Source of the DNA: a virus
Taxonomy: Duplodnaviria > Caudoviricetes
Reading direction: 5' to 3' (one strand)
Length of the DNA stretch: 40,806 bases
IMG/VR virus record: IMGVR_UViG_3300048852_000112
Coordinates: 1-40,806 of that record
In this document: positions 27,905 to 36,610 of the stretch, piece after piece
Position numbering within the stretch: the first letter of the stretch is position 1
Layout: each line of letters opens with the position of its first letter
Notes under the pieces: generated by a model
The model's database searches: none
What the model was told of the DNA's origin: nothing
The model's input: the letters and a program-made list of their open reading frames with translations, nothing else
Translations under genes and position numbers: made by a program

Positions 27905-30019
27905 ATGTCGAGGTCAAAGTCCGTTGCGGTCACGATGGCAGCCGCATTGCTTGTGCTGACGACCCTCTTTCTCGGAATACCGAGCATCGTCTATGCCGCG
28001 AATCCAGGCGAATTTGCATGGCCCTTCGCGAACATTGTAGAGAGTTATGCCTTTTGGGCCGTCGCAGTCTGTGGGCTCCTTGTACTTCCGGCCATTGCTC
28101 TGCCACCAAGGTTCGGCCGATGGTGGGCCGCGGTTGCCGTTACTGCTGCGATTTACGTCTGGGCCCACGGAGTGTTCCAGACGCACAGCTTCGGCCAGAT
28201 TGACGGCCGAGAATGGTCCGCATCTGTGCCGCGATGGCAAGTCCTCGTCGAAGGTATCGCAATCCTCGCGTGTGCTTTTGCAATCTGGCTGATCGCAGTT
28301 CGGCGTCAAGCATTGGCGGTGGGGCTCGTACTGTTTCTGTCGGCAGGAATGGCCATGCAGGTCTGGCCGGTTTTGACCTCCAGCCGGTGGATTGATCTGT
28401 CTGGCGTCGATCGGATGGCCCAAACCACATCTTTCTCGCCGGACAAGAACGTCCTCGTCGTGCTGATGGACACGATGACTGCCGACGTTTTTGAGGAGGT
28501 CGTCAAGGCCTCGCCGGAACTCAAAGCGGCATTCGATGGGTTTCTGTCGTTTCCTGACACTACGGGTGTGGCACCCTCAACCTACCTGACAATGCCTACC
28601 ATTCACTCCGGCAGAATTTATGAAAATGGAGAAGTACTATCGGAGTTCTTCGACACTGCCGTACGTGATCATTCTGTCCTAACTAAGCTCGCCGACGCAG
28701 GGTACGAAACTGTCTTGATCAATCCCATCCGTGGAACTTGTCCCCGCCGGGTCGAGTGCTTCGATGCTAACGCAGCGATGAGAGGCGATGGTGGTTCTGT
28801 TCGCTCGGAAGCGTCACGGATCATGGACGCGACCTTATTCAGACTGGCGCCTCTGGGCCTGAAGGAGGCGGTATACAATAATGGTCAATGGGTGGTGCAG
28901 AGTTGGACGAATGACCCGCGATTCGCACATGTCGTGGTAGCAGCGAACTCGTTTTTGGAAGAGGTTTCCGGCAAGATTTCCGTGGGCGCGAGCCGTCCGA
29001 CTCTGAAATTCATCCACTCATTGGCAACTCATCCGCCCTACGTGTATCGAAATGACTGCAAGTTTGAGGGACGCCAACTAGAGGTGAGCAGGGCCAATTT
29101 TGTGACCCAGGTCCGTTGCTCGCTCGGGAATTTCGCTCTTCTATTGAAGGCCCTGAGAGACAAAGGGATCTATGATCGAACAGCGATTATTCTGATTGCT
29201 GATCACGGGAACTATCAGGTGGACAGCAGCAGAACGTCGATTGGCGGAACATTGGCTGCCAACATCGCTTCCGCAAATCCAACCTTCGCGATAAAGCCGA
29301 TCGGGAATCGCGGCGATTTTCGTTCAGTGAAGGGCGAAGTCCACATCGGTGATTTCGGGGCCACGCTATGCGATCTCGCTTCAGATTGCGAGGTCGACAC
29401 AGGATTTTCTGCGTTAGCAGCGCCAGCAGGTCGCACCCGAGTATTCAATTATTATCGCTGGAGGCATGAGTACTGGGAGGCGAAATCCATCCCTGACCTG
29501 ACGCGCGTGGAGATCGTTGGGCCCATAGAGGAGGCCCAAAACTGGGCCAAAGTGGCCAGTATCGACGTTGGCGAGACTATATTTTTCAACGGACAAGGCA
29601 CGTCTCATCAGTACGTGGGCAGCGGCTGGTCTGGGCAGGAATCATGGGGAACATGGACCGACGGCAATATGGCAAGACTGATTTTCTATACATCGCAAAA
29701 CCAGCCGTTAGTTGCCACGCTGATGGCCCATGGATTTACCCCAGCCGGTGCGCCGTTGCGAGTGCTGATCGATGTTGACGGCTCGCCTTCAGGTGAGCTG
29801 GTGTTTGAAGACAGTGCTCCGAAAAAATGGAGCTTCGACATCCCGGCAGAGGCGGTAAATGACGGCCGTCTCGAAATAGATTTTCACATCTCTGATCCCA
29901 GATCTCCCGAGCAATTGGGGCTGTCGGAAGATTCTCGCGGCCTAGGAATGGGAATGCACTGGATGAGATTGGATTCTACGGACGCATTTGCCCGCAGCAA
30001 CGAAGTCGACGCGAAGTAG
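27905..30019 (+). CDS. Membrane-anchored alkaline-phosphatase-superfamily transferase (sulfatase-like / LtaS-EptA-like; NoeB-like)
   Basis: About 5 N-terminal TMs; NVLVVLMDT, PSTYLTMPT, HSLATHPPY, IADHG; C-terminal beta domain GWS..E.WG.WT. Confidence 0.8.
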   Translation: MSRSKSVAVTMAAALLVLTTLFLGIPSIVYAANPGEFAWPFANIVESYAFWAVAVCGLLVLPAIALPPRFGRWWAAVAVTAAIYVWAHGVFQTHSFGQIDGREWSASVPRWQVLVEGIAILACAFAIWLIAVRRQALAVGLVLFLSAGMAMQVWPVLTSSRWIDLSGVDRMAQTTSFSPDKNVLVVLMDTMTADVFEEVVKASPELKAAFDGFLSFPDTTGVAPSTYLTMPTIHSGRIYENGEVLSEFFDTAVRDHSVLTKLADAGYETVLINPIRGTCPRRVECFDANAAMRGDGGSVRSEASRIMDATLFRLAPLGLKEAVYNNGQWVVQSWTNDPRFAHVVVAANSFLEEVSGKISVGASRPTLKFIHSLATHPPYVYRNDCKFEGRQLEVSRANFVTQVRCSLGNFALLLKALRDKGIYDRTAIILIADHGNYQVDSSRTSIGGTLAANIASANPTFAIKPIGNRGDFRSVKGEVHIGDFGATLCDLASDCEVDTGFSALAAPAGRTRVFNYYRWRHEYWEAKSIPDLTRVEIVGPIEEAQNWAKVASIDVGETIFFNGQGTSHQYVGSGWSGQESWGTWTDGNMARLIFYTSQNQPLVATLMAHGFTPAGAPLRVLIDVDGSPSGELVFEDSAPKKWSFDIPAEAVNDGRLEIDFHISDPRSPEQLGLSEDSRGLGMGMHWMRLDSTDAFARSNEVDAK

Positions 30020-30327
30020 GAGGTCTCTCTCAGTCTCAGGCAATTGCCAGGCGAGCGATCAGCGCTACCAGCAAGTCTGGCGAAGAAGCACAAACTGGCA
30101 CGGCTCGCTCAGTTCGACAGGGAACGTGCCGGCTTAGATCGTTTCCGACGATGCCTTGGTCAGTTGAGGCACGTTTGCACCGGGCGGCAGAGCGAGTTGC
30201 ACCGGTTCCGTCGGAAGCCGCCGACTTATGGGCTAGATGCCACCTTGGCGGTTCGGGCCGACGCGAAGGTTACAATTGATGACGGGTGGCCTCAGCTATA
30301 CAAGCGTAGCGGGCTTAGGGGACAAAC

Positions 30328-31155
30328 ATGGCAACTTACAATATCGGAAAATACTTCGTCGATTTACCCGCAGACCATAAGCTGCCGGTGTATCAGCGGG
30401 ATGAGCCTCTCTACGACCGCGGCTTTATCCCGCTGTTGCTGGCTTTGTTTAAAAGCTCTCCCTCGGGATGGATCGTCGACATAGGCGCGAATGTCGGGGA
30501 TACTGCAAGCCTAATGGCGAGCCTGACCGGGCACCCCATCATTTGCGTGGAGGGGGAGGAGGCGTTTCTCCCGTTCCTCCGCCGAAATCTTGAGCGGCTG
30601 AGCAGTGAAATCGTGCTTTGTGAAAGGCACGTCTTTACCCGCCGCATTGAGGAATTGGGATTAACCTATCACCTCGGCGACAGCACAGGTGGCTTCTCAA
30701 CCGGTGAAGGGAAGCAGGCCCAGAACTTCGTCACAATCGATGAGATCGTGAAAACGGCAGCCCAAGATGTCCTGCTGTTCAAGTCTGATACTGACGGTCT
30801 GGATATTCCGATCGTCGAAGAATTCCTTGACCGGGGGAATTGCCCAGACGCTGTGATTTTCATGGAGGTGAACCCGAATTATCAGGTCACCGACCTGACC
30901 TATGTAGCCAAGTTCTTCCGGAGGATTGCAGAGGCGAACTATTCGCTGGCCATCTTTTCGAACCGAGGCGTGCCCTTCGGTTTCATGGATCGTATCGAGC
31001 CTGACCTTCTGGTGGATATGCTGCGTCACGTAGTTTTTTCGCAAGGCGGCAGCGCCGTTCCCTATCATTATCTGGACTTCTTCCTGTTCCCGAAGTCACG
31101 TCAGGCGGTGTTTTCCACCATTGTTCGCGGCTACCGCGACGGCTCATTCATGTAA
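30328..31155 (+). CDS. FkbM-family methyltransferase
   Basis: IVDIGANVGD, CVEG, FKSDTDGLD. Confidence 0.85.
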   Translation: MATYNIGKYFVDLPADHKLPVYQRDEPLYDRGFIPLLLALFKSSPSGWIVDIGANVGDTASLMASLTGHPIICVEGEEAFLPFLRRNLERLSSEIVLCERHVFTRRIEELGLTYHLGDSTGGFSTGEGKQAQNFVTIDEIVKTAAQDVLLFKSDTDGLDIPIVEEFLDRGNCPDAVIFMEVNPNYQVTDLTYVAKFFRRIAEANYSLAIFSNRGVPFGFMDRIEPDLLVDMLRHVVFSQGGSAVPYHYLDFFLFPKSRQAVFSTIVRGYRDGSFM

Positions 31156-31160
31156 GCGGG

Positions 31161-33455
31161 TTGACGATCGTGAGCCCCGTTCGACTGTACGAGCCGAAGC
31201 GAATTCTTTTCATTGGCCACGCCTTCCATGGCAAGACCAAATCCTCCCATTTTTTTAAAAGGCTTCTTTGGGAGATAGGGAGCGTCGAGGAATTGGCGGA
31301 TGATGCGCTGGACAACCCCGAACTGCGTCGTGACTACCGAGAACTCGTCGAGGGCCAGAACTATCATCTGGTTGTCGTCTGGCAGATCGAGTATGTGGCG
31401 CAGCAATTGGCGGGGCTGCCCAATGTCGTCTTCGTCCCCATGTGGGACGGATGCCGGGAATTGCCCGATCAGTTCTGGCGCTCGCTGCTTGGAACGCGGG
31501 TTCTTTCCTTCTCGCTGCCGGTGTTCGAGAAGGCGCAAAATGCGGGTCTGGAGACAATATACGCTCAGTATTGGCCAGCGTTGCCGGACTTCGAGCTTCC
31601 AGCAGTGCGGCCTAACAGTGCCTTTTATTGGTACAGGCGCAACGACATTACGCTCGCTCGCCTGGAAAATTTCTGCCAAGAGCTTGGCATCGAAGAGCTA
31701 ACCATTCTTTGGCAGCCCGATCCGCCTGTCAAACGACCGATCGCCAAGGCAGAATTCACTTCGAAATTGTCGGCCAATGTGCGGTTCGTTCCTTGGCACA
31801 AAGACAAGGTCGCACAGCTCAGCGAAATTGCCTCGACAGAGTATTACATCGCCAGCCGACTCTATGAAGGCATTGGCATGTCGTTCCTGGAAGCTATGGC
31901 GCTGGGCTGTTGCGTGGTAGCGCCCAAGAACCCGACCTACACGGACTACATTGTCTCGGGGGCAAACGGTCTGCTCTACGATCATTCCCCGCGCGCCGGA
32001 ACGCTGCCGGTAAAGGAGATGAGAAAAAACGCCTACCGGTCCTTTGCCGCTGGGCGGGACAGATGGGAGCGCTGTGTCCCGGGAATATTGGCATGGCTGG
32101 ATGCGCGGGAGCCGTTTGATTTCTTCAGCGTTCCACTCGATTCCATCGTGCCGAACGGGCGCGGCGAGAAGCCTCTGGTTACTGTGGTAACTGTCGTTCG
32201 CAATGCAGCCGCAGACCTTCGCAAGACCGCGGACAGCGTACTAAGCCAGCAGGGAGTGAATTTCGAATATATCGTTGTCGACGGCGCGTCGACCGATAAC
32301 ACGGTTACGGTGGCTAGCGGTTACGGACGCCGGATAGATCGTGTGATTTCGGAGCCCGATCGTGGCGCTTACGATGCGATGAACAAAGGAGCCGCGGTCG
32401 CATCTGGGAAGTATGTGATGTTCATGAATGCAGGTGACGTCTTCTTGAACGAAGGCTCACTGGCGGAGTTCGTCGGCAGCGCCGAAGACGAATCCGACTT
32501 CGTCATCGGCCATCACGTTTACAAGGCGGATCAGATGCAAGAGCCCCGCCGCGTCTCGGACTTCCACGCTACTTACGCGAATTTGGTGTCGGGGAACATT
32601 TCTTGGGAGTGGCATTCGGGCATTCCAAGCCATCAATCCACCGCCACGCGAACTGAACTGCTCCGAAACCTGAAGTACGACATTGCGTTCGATATAGCCG
32701 CTGATCACGACCTAATGTTCCGCGCTGCGGCGCAAGGGGCGAAGTTCACCGTCAGCAATGTCTATGTGTCAAGGTATCACCGTGGGGGGATATCCAGCCG
32801 CAGGGAGTTTGATTGCTTTAGGCAATGGAATGCAATCGCGATGAAACACTGCCAAAAACGGGCAAGTGTCGACGCTCTTTACGCGAAAAGCATCCACTCC
32901 CTGTTACTTCATGGGATCCGGCAGGCGGATTCTGCCAAGAAGATTGCTTCACTCTTCCGATCGGAGCCGCGTCTGCTCATTCGAGAGATTACGGGAAGGC
33001 GGGTGGTCAGGTACGCCGCCAGGAAATTGAAAAAGAAGCTTTTGGCCTTGCGGGGCGCGTTTCTCGGTTCCGTAGACTTTAGAAACAGCGGAATTCGTTC
33101 AGGCGTCAGCTTGAAGGGCTTTTCCTATCCAGAGGATCCGGGTTCATGGATCGATTGGCCAACTGCGGAGGTGTCATTCGACGCACCTGTCGCAGGGGTC
33201 AATAGGATTAGGGTGAATGTGGTTCGGTCAGTGGATTACATTCGAACGAATGATGTCCGAATAAAGATCAACGGCGGTGCTGCACTCGCTGCCAGCCTGT
33301 CGACGGGAGCAAATGACATTTTGTTGCCGGAGCCGGTGGATCTGAGATCGGTAAGGCTCGAGATTGCCGCTACGCCTTCTCCCAAAGATCTGGGCCTTGG
33401 AGATGATGACCGGCACATCTCATTCCTGATCTCACATATTCAGCTCTTTCGTTAG
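31161..33455 (+). CDS. Bifunctional glycosyltransferase (GT4-like plus GT2) with C-terminal beta domain
   Basis: YEGIGMSFLEAMALG (EX7E); VTVVTVVRN, VVDGASTD, EPDRGAYDAMNKG, FMNAGD. Confidence 0.88.
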   Translation: MTIVSPVRLYEPKRILFIGHAFHGKTKSSHFFKRLLWEIGSVEELADDALDNPELRRDYRELVEGQNYHLVVVWQIEYVAQQLAGLPNVVFVPMWDGCRELPDQFWRSLLGTRVLSFSLPVFEKAQNAGLETIYAQYWPALPDFELPAVRPNSAFYWYRRNDITLARLENFCQELGIEELTILWQPDPPVKRPIAKAEFTSKLSANVRFVPWHKDKVAQLSEIASTEYYIASRLYEGIGMSFLEAMALGCCVVAPKNPTYTDYIVSGANGLLYDHSPRAGTLPVKEMRKNAYRSFAAGRDRWERCVPGILAWLDAREPFDFFSVPLDSIVPNGRGEKPLVTVVTVVRNAAADLRKTADSVLSQQGVNFEYIVVDGASTDNTVTVASGYGRRIDRVISEPDRGAYDAMNKGAAVASGKYVMFMNAGDVFLNEGSLAEFVGSAEDESDFVIGHHVYKADQMQEPRRVSDFHATYANLVSGNISWEWHSGIPSHQSTATRTELLRNLKYDIAFDIAADHDLMFRAAAQGAKFTVSNVYVSRYHRGGISSRREFDCFRQWNAIAMKHCQKRASVDALYAKSIHSLLLHGIRQADSAKKIASLFRSEPRLLIREITGRRVVRYAARKLKKKLLALRGAFLGSVDFRNSGIRSGVSLKGFSYPEDPGSWIDWPTAEVSFDAPVAGVNRIRVNVVRSVDYIRTNDVRIKINGGAALAASLSTGANDILLPEPVDLRSVRLEIAATPSPKDLGLGDDDRHISFLISHIQLFR

Positions 33456-33531
33456 ACCCTGAGTTATTCGCTCGCGAGATCGCCGCCAGCTTCGCCAATC
33501 AACCTCCATTTCCGTCAAGGGACTCACCAAC

Positions 33532-34287
33532 TTGAACTTCAGAACGATTCACCCTGATGTCGGCCACCATCTCAATGAGATGCTGACGAGCGTTGTGTAC
33601 CGACGGGTCGTCAAGGCCGGAGATCATGTCTTGGATATCGGGGCGAACGAGGGCGCGCATACCGCCGCGCTCAGCTCTCTAGTCGGACCTGGCGGGATCG
33701 TGCATGCGTTTGAGCCAAACACTCAGCACTATCCCAAGCTGGAGAAGCTACCAGACAACGTGAAACTGTGGCCTTGCGCAGTTGGTCACAAATTCAGTCG
33801 AGAAATCCTCCACATTCCAGAGAACGTGGATGGCTGGGCATCTCTGAACAGCGATGTGCGGGATGCTCTCCCGTCGCACGACTTCCGGCTCCAGCCGACT
33901 ATTCAGGTACCCCTCTCTTCGATCGAGGAAATACACACCCCGCGGCTCACGTTCATAAAGATCGATGTTGAGGGGCGGGAGAAGCAGGTGTTGGAGGGCA
34001 TGAGGACGCCTCAAAAGTCCGGCTGGTGGGGGCGCACTGCAGATGGGCTTCTTAGGGTTGCGCGGCCAATTCTGGTTATCGAAAACGTCACGTCGGATAT
34101 CTACCGCCTGCTAAAGCAGGAGGAATTCGAAATCCTTGATTTCGTCGGACGCGACTGGAGCGCCGGCGAGGGGCTTCCCAACTCCGTAGTTATCCCGAAA
34201 GAAATGGCCGACCACTTGTCGATTCTGCCAAACTCAGCCGACATACGGCAAGTTTTAAAGACCTCCGAGCAGCTCGCGAACGTTTGA
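33532..34287 (+). CDS. FkbM-family methyltransferase
   Basis: LDIGANEGAHT, HAFEPN, IKIDVEGRE. Confidence 0.88.
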   Translation: MNFRTIHPDVGHHLNEMLTSVVYRRVVKAGDHVLDIGANEGAHTAALSSLVGPGGIVHAFEPNTQHYPKLEKLPDNVKLWPCAVGHKFSREILHIPENVDGWASLNSDVRDALPSHDFRLQPTIQVPLSSIEEIHTPRLTFIKIDVEGREKQVLEGMRTPQKSGWWGRTADGLLRVARPILVIENVTSDIYRLLKQEEFEILDFVGRDWSAGEGLPNSVVIPKEMADHLSILPNSADIRQVLKTSEQLANV

Positions 34288-34324
34288 ACCGGTCAGGCAA
34301 TCGCCCTCTCATGCCGTACGGGTT

Positions 34325-34528
34325 TTAGGGTCTTAGGAATCGAAAATACCCTCTTATAGTTGCCGAGCTGCGCTCGCTGTCGTTTAGCGCCTGTTGAACG
34401 ATCGCGAGTTGCTCTGGCGAGAGGTACCACGACAGAGTCTTTTCTGTCTCCCATCTTGCCCATTGCTCGTGCGCCTCCAGTTCTCGACTCAACGCGTCGA
34501 GCATACCAGCCAGCACTCTGCTTTTCAT
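34325..34528 (-). CDS. Hypothetical protein (start uncertain)
   Basis: Helical-looking ORF in a lower-GC gap. Confidence 0.3.
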   Translation of the reverse strand: MKSRVLAGMLDALSRELEAHEQWARWETEKTLSWYLSPEQLAIVQQALNDSERSSATIRGYFRFLRP

Positions 34529-34669
34529 GATTGACCCCATGAACGCCCAATAATCCCCGGGGCGGAACCTAACCCTGAGTTGTGGTAAAGTCCACTTCAT
34601 AAATGTCGCGCTGACACATTGCGTGATCATGGGGTCTTCTTTTTCACAATCTGAAAAAAGGACTGAACT

Positions 34670-34732
34670 ATGGACCGCAATCTCAAGCGGGCGCTTTCGC
34701 GCGTCCTGAAGCACGAGGGGCTCATAGCCTGA
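34670..34732 (+). pseudogene. 5' stub of a GH108-type endolysin
   Basis: AAGGA RBS; MDRNLKRALSRVLKHEG(LIA*) resembles the GH108 N-terminus up to the catalytic EGG motif. Confidence 0.65.
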
Positions 34733-34740
34733 GTAGTGCG

Positions 34741-34796
34741 AGGGAACGGGTAGCCGCTCTGGCTGTGCGCTGGCTAGGAGCAGCTACCCGTTCCTT
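34741..34796. repeat. Long hairpin / inverted repeat
   Basis: GGAACGGGTAGC (34743-34754) is the exact reverse complement of GCTACCCGTTCC (34783-34794); further inner pairing. Confidence 0.8.
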
Positions 34797-34923
34797 GGCC
34801 CGCCGGGTTGGGGAATACGACAGGCGCGAGCACACTGTCGCAAGCTAGCGTGAAAGTAGCGTGAAAATTTGCGCGGGTAATGAAGCAAAAAAGGCGACGG
34901 ACGTACTCCAAGCGACAGAGGTG

Positions 34924-35010
34924 CTAGGCGAACACGTAGCTCCCCACGGCGAGCAGCGCCAGCAACCACGCGACAAACGCCAGGCGATCCAACAGCTCCC
35001 ATATTCGCAT
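34924..35010 (-). CDS. 28-aa single-TM peptide (not in the ORF track)
   Basis: AGGAGGTGGTG-ATG; MRIWELLDRLAFVAWLLALLAVGSYVFA*. Confidence 0.65.
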   Translation of the reverse strand: MRIWELLDRLAFVAWLLALLAVGSYVFA

Positions 35011-35113
35011 CACCACCTCCTAACTCAATGCTGGCACACCCGATGCGTGGGTGTCCAGCTGTCGGCAATGCCTGCAGGCCGGACGATCTAACTGCAATCT
35101 GAAAGGAAAGACC

Positions 35114-35932
35114 ATGGACCGCACGGTACCCGCCGGCGCGGCGATCCTGCTCGACTTCATCCGGGAAACCGAGGTGGGTCGAAAGGATCGCGCGTCGTAC
35201 GACGTCATCTATGCCAACAAGCAGCACAAGCTTGCGAAGCCTCTCACCAGCATGACGCTGGACGAGGTGCTTGCCGCCCAGCGCACCTGGTCGAAGAACC
35301 ACGGATCGAGCGCGGCCGGCGGGTATCAGTTCATGCGGGCCACGTTGCTCGGGCTGATCGAGGAACTCGGCCTTCGCGGTTCGCAGAAGCTCGATCCGGA
35401 CCTTCAGGACCGGCTTGCCTATCATCTGCTCAAGCGCCGCGGCTATGAAGGCTACATGGCCGGCACCATCAGCCGTACCGAGTTCGGGAAGCGGTTGGCA
35501 ATGGAATGGGCGAGCTTCCCGGTTCTCGCCGGTACCAAGGGTAAGAAGCGCACCGTCAAGCGCGGGCAGAGCTTCTATGCCGGCGACGGGATCAACAAGG
35601 CGCTGGTGGCGCCGGAGACAGTCGAGGCGGTGCTCGATCGCGCCAAGGCCGTTGGCAGCGTCGTGCCGGCCGCCCCGGCTCCAGAACCTGTAGTGGTCGA
35701 GAAGCCGGTCGTGGCGGATCCGGAAGAGCTGGGAACCCCTCCGTCGAAGTCCAAGACGGTCTGGACCTGGCTGCTGACCGGCATCGGCGCCCCCATCGCG
35801 GCCTTCGGCAATCTCGACTGGCGGGTGCAGCTCGCCATCGTCATCGTGATCGTCGGCTTCGCGATCTACGGCATCAAGCGCAGGGCCGACTTGTTCAGGG
35901 CGGTGAAAGATCTGAAGGCGGAGTTGGGCTGA
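35114..35932 (+). CDS. Endolysin (lambda-lysozyme/GH104-like) with hydrophobic C-terminus
   Basis: LLDFIRETE, SSAAGGYQF, LQDRLA, EWASFP; AAAGGAAAG RBS. Confidence 0.85.
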   Translation: MDRTVPAGAAILLDFIRETEVGRKDRASYDVIYANKQHKLAKPLTSMTLDEVLAAQRTWSKNHGSSAAGGYQFMRATLLGLIEELGLRGSQKLDPDLQDRLAYHLLKRRGYEGYMAGTISRTEFGKRLAMEWASFPVLAGTKGKKRTVKRGQSFYAGDGINKALVAPETVEAVLDRAKAVGSVVPAAPAPEPVVVEKPVVADPEELGTPPSKSKTVWTWLLTGIGAPIAAFGNLDWRVQLAIVIVIVGFAIYGIKRRADLFRAVKDLKAELG

Positions 35933-35975
35933 TAGCTTCTTTCGGCTTCTTTGCCCTGCCGGCGAGGATCGACTT

Positions 35976-36182
35976 TCATCGCTCCGATTGATGATGCCGC
36001 TCGAGCTCGGCCAACATTTCTCCGGGACTTGCCGCTCCTTGAGAATGGATCGTGATGAGGCGACGGCCAGCGTCATACCATTCCGCCGTGTCGGGCTTGA
36101 TCCCGTGTTTGCCGCAATAGTCCTCAAGGACCGCTGTCAGGATGGCAAGTTGGCCGGGGTCAGTGATCCCGCTGAGCGGCAT
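35976..36182 (-). CDS. Small antisense hypothetical protein
   Basis: GGAGGA RBS; MPLSGITDPGQLAILTAVLEDYC…. Confidence 0.7.
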   Translation of the reverse strand: MPLSGITDPGQLAILTAVLEDYCGKHGIKPDTAEWYDAGRRLITIHSQGAASPGEMLAELERHHQSER

Positions 36183-36215
36183 GTTTCCTCCAATCAACCG
36201 TTGAAATGGCATCAT

Positions 36216-36494
36216 ATGATCAGATTTTTCGACTGGCTCAAGATCGGGGCAGGGGCGCTTGTCGGCGCCCTTGTCGTTGCCGGACCGGTCTACCTCTACG
36301 GCAAGCACCAAGGCCGCCAAGAGGCTGCCGTTGCGGCGCTCGAAGCCTCAATCAAAGCAATCCAGAAGCGCGAGGACATCGACCATGAAGTGGATCGTGC
36401 CGATCTCATTGATATCTGCGTTGAGCTTGGCGGGGTGCGGGATGACTGCCGCGACCAATTGCGCGGGGTGGGTGCGCCCGCCGAAACCGAGTGA
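36216..36494 (+). CDS. Inner membrane spanin (Rz-like)
   Basis: N-terminal TM plus periplasmic helix; overlapped by a lipoprotein gene. Confidence 0.7.
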   Translation: MIRFFDWLKIGAGALVGALVVAGPVYLYGKHQGRQEAAVAALEASIKAIQKREDIDHEVDRADLIDICVELGGVRDDCRDQLRGVGAPAETE

Positions 36495-36585
36495 TCCCGT
36501 CGCGCTCGCGGCGAAGGAAGAGCAGATCGCGCGCTACCTCGTCGCGACCGATCGATACGGCAAATCCCAGCGTTGCTGGAAATGA
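36385..36585 (+). CDS. Outer membrane spanin lipoprotein (Rz1-like)
   Basis: GAGGA RBS; MKWIVPISLISALSLAGC lipobox; +1 frame overlap with the Rz-like gene. Confidence 0.75.
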   Translation: MKWIVPISLISALSLAGCGMTAATNCAGWVRPPKPSDPVALAAKEEQIARYLVATDRYGKSQRCWK

Positions 36586-36610
36586 CGAAAGTGCATGAGG
36601 GGCAAGGGGC

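Noticed and set aside
27905-30019. Calling this enzyme a true sulfatase
   Set aside because: It lacks the (C/S)xPxR formylglycine motif and has a Thr there instead.
30096-30110. TGGCAC resembling a sigma54 -24 element
   Set aside because: No GC at the required -12 spacing.
34784-36127. Listed 447-aa minus-strand ORF
   Set aside because: Antisense shadow of the endolysin; the credible minus-strand genes here are in other frames.
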